Shown here in pieces: positions 17,346 to 24,072 of a stretch of DNA of 63,911 bases. Within the stretch, counting starts at the first letter, position 1; each line of letters opens with the position of its first letter. This DNA is from a virus (taxonomy: Duplodnaviria > Heunggongvirae > Uroviricota > Caudoviricetes). Below the pieces are notes generated by a model that did not search any database, was not told the origin of the DNA, and saw nothing but the letters and a program-made list of their open reading frames with translations. The position numbers and the translations under genes are program-made. Location of the stretch: positions 1-63,911 of IMG/VR virus record IMGVR_UViG_3300012940_000021; one strand, written 5' to 3'.

Positions 17346-17415
17346 TGGAGAATATGGGACTCGAACCCATCTCGGCCTGCTTGCAAGGCAAGCGTGCGGA
17401 CCCTGCGCATTCCCC
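17346..17415 (-). tRNA. tRNA-Ala(TGC)
   Basis: G3:U70 pair; anticodon loop CTTGCAA. Confidence 0.85.
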
Positions 17416-17416
17416 G

Positions 17417-17492
17417 TGGTGGCCTCGGAACGACTTGAACGTCCGACCGCTTGCTTATCAGGCAAGTGCTCTACCTGCTGAGCTACGAGACC
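17417..17492 (-). tRNA. tRNA-Ile(GAT)
   Basis: Full cloverleaf, encoded CCA. Confidence 0.92.
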
Positions 17493-17562
17493 GTGTGCGC
17501 GTTCTCGCCCAGACGCGCCCCTGGAGCCGTGACTTCGGACCATCCTCCGTCAGCGAGCAGTG

Positions 17563-17634
17563 ACCCCTCGACTGGATTCGAACCAGCGACTCGTGGATTA
17601 GAACGCCACAGCTCTTCCGCTGAGCTACGAGGGG
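17563..17634 (-). tRNA. tRNA-Arg(TCT)
   Basis: Cloverleaf, loop GTTCTAA. Confidence 0.85.
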
Positions 17635-17637
17635 AAG

Positions 17638-17711
17638 TGGACGCGCCTCCCGGAATCTAACCGGGCTGTGACGGGTTGCAGCCGTCCGCCTGAACACTCG
17701 GCCAAGGCGCG
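17638..17711 (-). tRNA. tRNA-Cys(GCA)
   Basis: U73, CCA; T loop TTAGATT. Confidence 0.88.
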
Positions 17712-17720
17712 AAAATCTTG

Positions 17721-17791
17721 TGGGTCCCCGGAATCCCGACATCCGATCTGCTGGGTAAAAGCCAGCGGTCCTTCCTTTGAACGAGAGACCC
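17721..17791 (-). tRNA. tRNA-Lys(TTT) with a degenerate T loop
   Basis: GCTGG-CTTTTAC-CCAGC; T loop GTCGGGA. Confidence 0.7.
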
Positions 17792-17800
17792 GAGGAGGGC

Positions 17801-17875
17801 TGGCTCCGGGCCAGGGATTCGAACCCCGACCGGCTGAGTCCAACGCCCAGCGTGCTGCCGTTACACCAGCCCGGA
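17801..17875 (-). tRNA. tRNA-Gln(TTG)
   Basis: Cloverleaf, CCA. Confidence 0.88.
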
Positions 17876-17982
17876 ATGTGGAGAGGGAGCCTGACGACCT
17901 TCCGGTATCGCTCAGCGACCTCACTGGACTCACCCCGCGATCAGACTGCCGCCCTCGCTGCCGGGTACTCCCTCTCCATGCG

Positions 17983-18054
17983 CTGCCTCCCCTGGATTCG
18001 AACCAAGACCCGCCACGTCCAGAGCGTGGTGTGCTGCCGTTACACCAAGAGGCA
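17983..18054 (-). tRNA. tRNA-Gln(CTG)
   Basis: CCACG-CTCTGGA-CGTGG. Confidence 0.9.
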
Positions 18055-18156
18055 TCATCCGGGAGGTCGAGGGCCGCTAAGCCCCCGCCTCCTCGGCGGC
18101 GATCCGGGTTTCTAGGTGCGCTGCCATCAACCCGACTATGGTCGCCGTGACCATCG

Positions 18157-18228
18157 TGCCCCGAGCAGGATTCGAACCTGCGACCCACGGCTTCGGAAGC
18201 CGTCGCTCTTCCTCTGAGCTACCAAGGC
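18157..18228 (-). tRNA. tRNA-Arg(CCG)
   Basis: ACGGC-TTCCGAA-GCCGT. Confidence 0.9.
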
Positions 18229-18282
18229 AGGCCGGGCGCTGATCCAACAGCAATCCTGAATCGAACAGTCCGTTCCCGGTTC

Positions 18283-18345
18283 GTCAGCGCTCTGCCATTG
18301 AGCTACCCCCGCAGGGGGCCGGGACTCGAACCCGGATACTCTGAC
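18283..18345 (-). ncRNA. Circularly permuted tRNA-like module
   Basis: GTCAG, T arm, CCCCC-TGC-GGGGG, D arm, CTGAC. Confidence 0.6.
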
Positions 18346-18347
18346 CG

Positions 18348-18419
18348 TGCCCCCGGAGAGATTCGAACTCCCGGCCCCGTCATCCGTAGTGACGTGCTCT
18401 TCCGCTGAGCTACGAAGGC
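18348..18419 (-). tRNA. tRNA-Arg(ACG)
   Basis: CGTCA-CTACGGA-TGACG. Confidence 0.9.
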
Positions 18420-18584
18420 AAGTTCCGCAGTGCGGGGTCGTCACCGTTGCCTGGCCAGCCCGATGACGCCCTTGGCGAGATCCAGTCCGACCCTCCCCAG
18501 CGTCCTCGGGAGCGACCCGAATCTTCTGGCTGCTGACGTTCTGGTGCAGCGCGGACCCTGCGACCGATCCGCTCTCGTACTTTG

Positions 18585-18656
18585 CTCCCCACGATGGATT
18601 CGAACCACCGACCATCGAGTTAACAGCTCGCCGCTCTGCCACTGAGCTAGTGGGGA
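18585..18656 (-). tRNA. tRNA-Asn(GTT)
   Basis: Cloverleaf. Confidence 0.9.
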
Positions 18657-18743
18657 TCAGGGAGTGACCACGGGACGCCTCAGTAGCGTGGTCTGGGCGG
18701 CAGCTCCTCTGAGGAGGACTTGCAAGTAGCCGCTGCTAGTTTG

Positions 18744-18815
18744 TGCTCACCGAGGGACTCGAACCCCCGCGCTGTCGGGTGTAAACCGCCTGCTCTGCCG
18801 CTGAGCTAGGTGAGC
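18744..18815 (-). tRNA. tRNA-Val(TAC)
   Basis: Cloverleaf. Confidence 0.88.
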
Positions 18816-18865
18816 GTGTTCCCCGTCCGTTCAGTCCGCACTACGGGGCCTCATGCGGCGGGAGG

Positions 18866-18938
18866 AGCCTTCCACGGGGGTCGAACCCGTGACCTCGCCC
18901 TTACCATGGGCGTGCTCTGCCTGCTGAGCTAGGAAGGC
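18866..18938 (-). tRNA. tRNA-Thr(GGT)
   Basis: CGCCC-ATGGTAA-GGGCG. Confidence 0.9.
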
Positions 18939-19038
18939 GGGCCTCGGCACCTTGCGGGTGTCGAGGTTATCCGGGAGGCCACTACCCAATGGGAATCGAA
19001 CCCTTCGCTTTCTCCCTTGTGCGTTTCGAACCGCACCG

Positions 19039-19111
19039 AGCCGCTCCGGGGAATCGAACCCCGTGCCTTCCCCTTACGAGGGGGATGCTCTGCCATATGA
19101 GCTAGAGCGGC
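19039..19111 (-). tRNA. tRNA-Thr(CGT)
   Basis: TCCCC-CTCGTAA-GGGGA. Confidence 0.9.
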
Positions 19112-19220
19112 GTGATGCTGGACCCCGGTTCAACTAGTCGTCCTGCACGACGTGTCCAGCCGCAGGAATCGAGGGGCGGGGTGAACGAAGGCGGACCCGA
19201 TCCGCGCCCGCGACCCTCAG

Positions 19221-19293
19221 AGCCGCTCGTGGGAGTCGAACCCACGCACTTCCGCTTACAAGGCGGATGCTCTGGCCTCTGAGCTAGAGCGGC
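19221..19293 (-). tRNA. tRNA-Thr(TGT)
   Basis: TCCGC-CTTGTAA-GCGGA. Confidence 0.9.
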
Positions 19294-19354
19294 GAGAACC
19301 CCCGCCGATCTCGCTGCCGCTGGAACGGCATCCAGGGAGACCGACGGTTCGGAG

Positions 19355-19428
19355 AGGGGCACGCGGGTGACGATCCCGCCGCCTCCACCTTGGCAAGGTG
19401 GCGCTCTGCCAGCATGAGCTAGTACCCC
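19355..19428 (-). tRNA. tRNA-Gly(GCC)
   Basis: CCACC-TTGCCAA-GGTGG; T loop ATCGTCA. Confidence 0.85.
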
Positions 19429-19551
19429 ATGTAGCGGATTGATACCGAGTCTGGCTCCGTCGAGCCTCCCTCGAAGAGGACGCTACCCCCTGCCGCTCTG
19501 AGGTTGGTCGGCTACCCTCCTGCGTCCCTGGCCGGGGACTCGCGGAGAACG

Positions 19552-19627
19552 TGGATCGGACGACGGGCCTCGAACCCGCGACATTCACTTTGGAAGAGTG
19601 ACGCTCTACCGACTGAGCTACGTCCGA
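19552..19627 (-). tRNA. tRNA-Gly(TCC)
   Basis: Cloverleaf, CCA. Confidence 0.92.
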
Positions 19628-19628
19628 G

Positions 19629-19702
19629 TGCCCCCGCTTGGATTCGAACCAAGGACCCGAAGCTTAAGAGGCAACTGCTCTGACCATCTGAGCTACGGAG
19701 GC
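19629..19702 (-). tRNA. tRNA-Lys(CTT)
   Basis: Loop CTCTTAA; anticodon stem has two T-T mismatches. Confidence 0.82.
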
Positions 19703-19733
19703 GTGTGCCACCTGCGTCCGGTGGCCCGACTTG

Positions 19734-19824
19734 CGGAAGAGACAGGGGTTGAACCTGCACGCGGAGCGAGTCCGCAGCCCCGCTAGCAACGGGGTGCCGC
19801 CGCCATCTATCGGCTGGCTCTTCC
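19734..19824 (-). tRNA. tRNA-Ser(GCT)
   Basis: Long variable arm, G73. Confidence 0.88.
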
Positions 19825-19828
19825 AGAG

Positions 19829-19919
19829 CGGAGAGGGCGGGGGACGATCCCGCACGCGAGGAGACCCCGCAGCCACCTTTCCAGGGTGGTGCCGCCGCCA
19901 TCTATCGGCTGGCCTCTCC
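19829..19919 (-). tRNA. tRNA-Ser(GGA)
   Basis: Long variable arm; T loop ATCGTCC. Confidence 0.85.
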
Positions 19920-19932
19920 AGGTGAACATCCG

Positions 19933-20023
19933 TGGCGGAAGGGGCGAGGGTCGAACTCGCACGCGCCGGAGCGCAGTCGCTTTTCGAGAGCGGTGCCGCC
20001 GCCATCTGTCGGCTGGCCCTTCC
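19933..20023 (-). tRNA. tRNA-Ser(CGA)
   Basis: Long variable arm, CCA. Confidence 0.88.
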
Positions 20024-20080
20024 AGGATGTTCCTGTTCCACTGTGGAGTTCTGAAGTTTCGTGCTCGCACCCGCAGATGC

Positions 20081-20111
20081 GAAAGGCCCCTGGATCTTCA
20101 TCCGAGGGGCC
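20081..20111 (-). terminator. Putative intrinsic terminator
   Basis: GGCCCC/GGGGCC stem followed by TTT. Confidence 0.55.
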
Positions 20112-20299
20112 GTGTGGCTGAGACTGGGAGTCTCGGAGCTACGACAGCCCGAAGGAACCGGAGATGACCGAATTGGTCGTCCCGGCCCGCTTGGCCTGTC
20201 GCTGAGTGCTCATGTCGTTGACCCTACTGGATGCGGCAGCCGGATTGCAACTGCCATCTTCGATGTTACAGGAAGCGGATTGCATTTGCAATCTGCCCG

Positions 20300-20372
20300 T
20301 AGCGCCCGTGGGATTCGAACCCACACTGGACGGCCCCTCAGACCGTTGCCTCTGCCGTTGGGCTAGAGCGCC
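20300..20372 (-). tRNA. tRNA-Leu(GAG), short variable loop
   Basis: ACGGT-CTGAGGG-GCCGT, 5-nt variable loop. Confidence 0.82.
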
Positions 20373-20452
20373 ATGCGGCGAGGCGCTCCGTTTCTGGGTC
20401 GAGCTACGCCTCACCTGGGATCGACCGTCGCTGCAGCTCGGATCTCACCTTG

Positions 20453-20526
20453 TAGCCGCCGTGGGATTCGAACCCACAACACACCGGGTCTGAGCCGGAG
20501 TCCTCTACCAGTTGGGATAGACGGCC
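20453..20526 (-). tRNA. tRNA-Leu(CAG), short variable loop
   Basis: CCGG-CTCAGAC-CCGG, short variable loop. Confidence 0.82.
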
Positions 20527-20643
20527 ATGCTGGCCCCCGATTGCCTCCGGGGGTGGGAGTGGAAGTGATCCAGTCGCGTACTGGACCCTGGTCCCGCAGG
20601 TTGCGAGCCTGCTCGGTTCTGAGGGTGCATCCTCGTTCCCTTG

Positions 20644-20716
20644 TGCCCACCGTCGGGATCGAACCGACAGCCTCCGGCTTTTCAGACCGGCGCTCTTCCA
20701 CCTGAGCTTGGAGGGC
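20644..20716 (-). tRNA. tRNA-Phe(GAA)
   Basis: CCGGT-CTGAAAA-GCCGG. Confidence 0.9.
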
Positions 20717-20820
20717 AGGTTGCTCGCCGTGGACCCTTTCGGGAATCGCCCCGCGAGCTGACGGTGGGTCGTCACCCTGTGTGACCCTGGTCGTAGCCGG
20801 GTCGCCGCTCTCATGTTGCG

Positions 20821-20898
20821 TGCCGTGCCCGAGAATCGAACTCGTCTACTCCGAAGAGGAGGGCTTTACAGGCCCCCGTGCGTCCCAGCGCTCACGAC
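20821..20898 (-). tRNA. tRNA-Tyr(GTA)
   Basis: GGGGC-CTGTAAA-GCCCT, long variable arm, short D arm. Confidence 0.78.
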
Positions 20899-21240
20899 TT
20901 GTGGGATCTCTGTTGAGTTGTCTTCCAGAAGAGTCCCCACCAGTTCGGCCTTGACCCGGAGGTAAGGCTGAATCTCGATCAAGAACATTCTGGCCGTTCT
21001 ATGTGTCGTTCTGAAGTTGTGTCCCATGTTCCCCGCGACGGACAGACCCTTCTCGTAGACCGCCCCGTAGCCGAGTGTCTCCCGAATCCAATCGAGCACT
21101 CGCCTGTCATTTTGAGCGATCTGGGCCGTCAGCCTTGGGTATCGCTTCTGGTTCTTGCTCGACTTCACCGAGGTCCGAAACACGGAGCCTTCGCCATCGA
21201 ACAGTCCGGCGATGTATGCAAGCTCAACTTCAGTAGCCAC
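20866..21240 (-). CDS. LAGLIDADG homing endonuclease (single motif)
   Basis: LAYIAGLFDGEGSV...IAQND...LDWIRETLGYG; lower GC than flanks; reading frame runs into tRNA-Tyr. Confidence 0.85.
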   Translation of the reverse strand: MATEVELAYIAGLFDGEGSVFRTSVKSSKNQKRYPRLTAQIAQNDRRVLDWIRETLGYGAVYEKGLSVAGNMGHNFRTTHRTARMFLIEIQPYLRVKAELVGTLLEDNSTEIPQVVSAGTHGGL

Positions 21241-21275
21241 TATTGAATTGTATAGGGTTCCGTCACGGAATCCGG

Positions 21276-21347
21276 TAGCCCGTAGGGGATTCGAACCCCT
21301 GCCGTCCGGCTTGAAAGGCCAGCATCCTTCCTGTAGACCAACGGGCC
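21276..21347 (-). tRNA. tRNA-Glu(TTC)
   Basis: Loop CTTTCAA, canonical T arm. Confidence 0.88.
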
Positions 21348-21495
21348 AGGTTCGGAGATTCAGACGTGCTCTGCGCCTCGGATGCGTCGTCCTCGGCACT
21401 GCCTCTGCACCACAGCCCCTGGCGGAGCTGGCGGGATGCGACCCCCGCGTCTTCTGTTTCTCCTTGAAGGGCCGACTCGCCAGCCGGACCTCCCG

Positions 21496-21566
21496 CACCC
21501 CATCCCGGTACTGACCCGAGACTACGACGCTGAGAACGTCGCGTGCTTCCACTACACCAATGGGGC
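21496..21566 (-). tRNA. tRNA-Glu(CTC) with an atypical T loop
   Basis: CGACG-TTCTCAG-CGTCG; T loop GTCAGTA. Confidence 0.75.
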
Positions 21567-21691
21567 ATGTTGTCGCTTTCCTGGGGGTTCCTCCCCCGCG
21601 TTTCAGGCTCGGGAGGCAGGTCCGCGACTCACGCATTGCGATCCCACCCCTGGGACCCCGATGCGTCCGGTTCGGAACCGAAGTTCCTCTG

Positions 21692-21765
21692 CGACCTCGA
21701 CGGGACTCGAACCCGCGACCTCCACCGTGACAGGGTGGCGCTCTCCTCTTCTGAGCTACGAAGCC
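21692..21765 (-). tRNA. tRNA-Asp(GTC)
   Basis: CCACC-CTGTCAC-GGTGG. Confidence 0.9.
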
Positions 21766-21873
21766 ATGTTGGCAGCTTGGGGCGTGACTCCCTTCGAAAT
21801 CTTCTCCCCGCCCCCCGAAGGGACGGCCAGTACCTGGCGGGGGTCGGACTCTCGTCCGCTGCCGTGAACGACG

Positions 21874-21950
21874 TGGGGTGACCGACGGGACTTGAACCCG
21901 CGACATCCTGATCCACAATCAGGCGCTCTACCTACTGAGCTACGGCCAAC
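21874..21950 (-). tRNA. tRNA-His(GTG)
   Basis: Encoded G-1, C73, CCA. Confidence 0.9.
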
Positions 21951-21951
21951 G

Positions 21952-22024
21952 TCCGGGTAGCAGGTCTCGAACCTGCGACCTCCTGATCCCAAATCAGGCG
22001 CGCTACCTACTGCGCCACACCCGG
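21952..22024 (-). tRNA. tRNA-Pro(TGG)
   Basis: CCTGA-TTTGGGA-TCAGG. Confidence 0.9.
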
Positions 22025-22072
22025 TTGTCGTTGCTTCCTCTGTTGAGTTGTCAGTGCCCTGAGAAACACGAA

Positions 22073-22099
22073 GGGCCTCGATCCTGAGATCCGAGGCCC
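22073..22099 (-). terminator. Putative terminator hairpin
   Basis: GGGCCTCG/CGAGGCCC stem. Confidence 0.5.
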
Positions 22100-22418
22100 G
22101 AAGGTTGCGTGGGTACGACGAGCCTGCTAGATCGGAAGATCCAGCTCGGGGTGCTCGAAGTACTTGCGCATGTTCGGGACCTTACAGCCTTTCGTTTCTC
22201 GATGTCAACTTCCAGGTCGCCGGAGCGAGGGGCGCGATGGAAGCAGTTCCCTGCTCCCCCGCTCCGGCGACTCTTGGGTTGGGGAGGGGCGCTGCCCGAA
22301 GGCCCGCTGTCCTCCCCGTGTCCTTGCACCGCTATCCAGTTGCCTGGACTCCTCGCTGTCTCGGCGTCCTCGGGAGAGGACTACCGGTGACCTTGCTCGG
22401 GATGGGTACTGGACCCCG

Positions 22419-22492
22419 TTGCGGAGAGTGGATTCGAACCACCGACCTCCAGGTTATGAGCCTGGCGAGCTACCGAGCTGCTCTACCCCGCA
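22419..22492 (-). tRNA. tRNA-Met(CAT), initiator-like
   Basis: GCGGGGTAGAGCAG...GGTAGCTC D arm typical of fMet; upstream TTGACA-17-CATACT promoter. Confidence 0.88.
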
Positions 22493-22524
22493 GTGACCCA
22501 GTATGGGCGTCAATTGCCATCCTG

Positions 22525-23022
22525 TCAAGAGGCCATCAGCTCGTTGTAGTTGAACCGCCGACCGAGCACGTCCGGGAGCATGACCTCCTCGCCCTCGAAG
22601 CCCAGCAGGCGGCTGTCGTACAGCAGGATGTACTTCTGGACGGAGGTCTCCATCCGCACGAACGCGGCTCCGGCGTCGGTCACCCGCCACCAGCCCGCAC
22701 GGCCCCCGTCTGGTCGTCGGGTCGGCTCCTCCTCGATGAATCCCCAGTAGCGGAGCATCGAGTAGTACCCGCTCACACCCATGGCGCGCTGGGTCACTCG
22801 ATCCTCGCCGTTGAAGGTCGGCACGTGGAAGAACTCCTGGCCGTTGACCCGGTAGGCCCGGATGAGGAACGTGGCCATGGCTCCGTTGAGCGGGCGCTTG
22901 TACACCTTAGCGATCTGCTCGCAGCACGGGCATGCGACCGCTCCCGGCTGACGAAGACGCTCTCGGAGCCAACGTCGAGCCTCGTTGAGCGTCGTCCTCG
23001 CGGACGCGGCCATCCGTTCCAT
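22525..23022 (-). CDS. Hypothetical protein (CxxC-like motif, possibly winged helix)
   Basis: AGGAG RBS; CPCC. Confidence 0.7.
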   Translation of the reverse strand: MERMAASARTTLNEARRWLRERLRQPGAVACPCCEQIAKVYKRPLNGAMATFLIRAYRVNGQEFFHVPTFNGEDRVTQRAMGVSGYYSMLRYWGFIEEEPTRRPDGGRAGWWRVTDAGAAFVRMETSVQKYILLYDSRLLGFEGEEVMLPDVLGRRFNYNELMAS

Positions 23023-23117
23023 GTGGCTCCTGCCGTTGACCTACGTGGAGATCCCAGGGGGACCTATCCGCTCTATCGGGCGGAAGCCGCTGTGGGCTTT
23101 TCGGTCCCCCTGGTACG

Positions 23118-23188
23118 CGGGGCGTAGAGGAATCGAACCTCTGCTCGTGGTTTTGGAGACCACCGGGCTACCACTACACCAACTCCCC
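23118..23188 (-). tRNA. tRNA-Trp(CCA)
   Basis: GTGGT-CTCCAAA-ACCAC. Confidence 0.9.
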
Positions 23189-23219
23189 AGGTGCCCCCGC
23201 CTCCGAAGCTGCGGGGGAG

Positions 23220-23292
23220 TGGCCCTCCTCGGATTCGAACCGAGACTGTGGCGGGTTTGAGCCGCCTCCCTCTGCCGTTGGGGTAGAGGGCC
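23220..23292 (-). tRNA. tRNA-Leu(CAA), short variable loop
   Basis: GGCGG-CTCAAAC-CCGCC, 5-nt variable loop. Confidence 0.85.
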
Positions 23293-23422
23293 AAGGCGGG
23301 TCCGGCAGTGCTCGGGGGGCGAGCGTGTTGCCGAACCCTGACCACGGGCTGCCCAGGGGGGTGGTCAGAATCCGTGGCTGTACATGTTACGGACTTCGGA
23401 GGCCATCCAACAAGGGTTGGGC

Positions 23423-23656
23423 CTACTTCTTTCCGTTTCCCTTCTTGTGCTTGTCGAAGGGCCACTCCAGTCCGGCGCGCTTGACGCGGGACCGCGTGTT
23501 CATCTCGGCTCGGTGATCCGAGTCGCTCGTGTGGAGGATCGTCGTGTCCCCGTTCGGGAACTTGACGAAGTAGCCGTTGGTCTTCGGCTCGACCACCGCG
23601 CCCTGCTCGCGCAGCGACGTGATGATGATCTTCAACCGCTTCATGCCCTCGGCCAT
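23423..23656 (-). CDS. HicA-like (dsRBD-fold) protein
   Basis: LREQGAVVE...GYFVKFPNGDTTILHTSDSDHRA...RAG. Confidence 0.55.
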   Translation of the reverse strand: MAEGMKRLKIIITSLREQGAVVEPKTNGYFVKFPNGDTTILHTSDSDHRAEMNTRSRVKRAGLEWPFDKHKKGNGKK

Positions 23657-23658
23657 GG

Positions 23659-23892
23659 TCAGCCCTTCCGCTCGAAGTAGCGGTCCTCGCGCACCGCGAG
23701 AGCGATGGCCAGGACACCGAGCACCAGGCCGATGGCCGTGGTCACGAGAGCTGTGCTGAACGCCTTCTCGATCAGCCCTGCGGCAGTCAAGAGCACGGCG
23801 ACGGCGAGGAACGTGACGATGCGAACGATCCACCGCAACCGACGGAATCGCGGATCGCGCTGCTCCAGCAGCACCCTGCGGATCTCACTCAT
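23659..23892 (-). CDS. Two-helix membrane protein
   Basis: Two hydrophobic segments. Confidence 0.65.
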   Translation of the reverse strand: MSEIRRVLLEQRDPRFRRLRWIVRIVTFLAVAVLLTAAGLIEKAFSTALVTTAIGLVLGVLAIALAVREDRYFERKG

Positions 23893-24010
23893 CGTGGTCC
23901 TCCGGGAAGAGCGTCGGGACCTCCACGCACAGTGGAGTGCCGTCGGCCAGGTGCCCGATGACCTTCGAGCGCACCGGGAGCGACCGGATGAGGGTGTTGA
24001 AGTCGGTCAT
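23885..24010 (-). CDS. Small hypothetical protein (41 aa)
   Basis: AGGAGG RBS after an operator-1 promoter. Confidence 0.5.
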   Translation of the reverse strand: MTDFNTLIRSLPVRSKVIGHLADGTPLCVEVPTLFPEDHDE

Positions 24011-24072
24011 GGTGAACCTCCTGCTTGTTGACCTACAGTCAGACTAGCAGGCAGGGATGACAATTGCAATCC

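Noticed and set aside
17879-17977. SRP (4.5S) RNA or tRNA-Sec identity
   Set aside because: Only a partial CCGGAAGG match; no SRP domain IV internal loop and no UCA anticodon arm
20115-20295. Possible tmRNA (short ORF ending ...SFGLS near tRNAs)
   Set aside because: No tRNA-Ala-like ends or T arm and no ALAA-like tag; better explained by two operator-1 variants and a promoter
20866-21270. Group I intron around the LAGLIDADG gene
   Set aside because: Flanking tRNAs are intact and no P/Q/R/S core elements were recognised
21580-21660. Additional tRNA between Asp and Glu(CTC)
   Set aside because: No pairing acceptor stem or T loop
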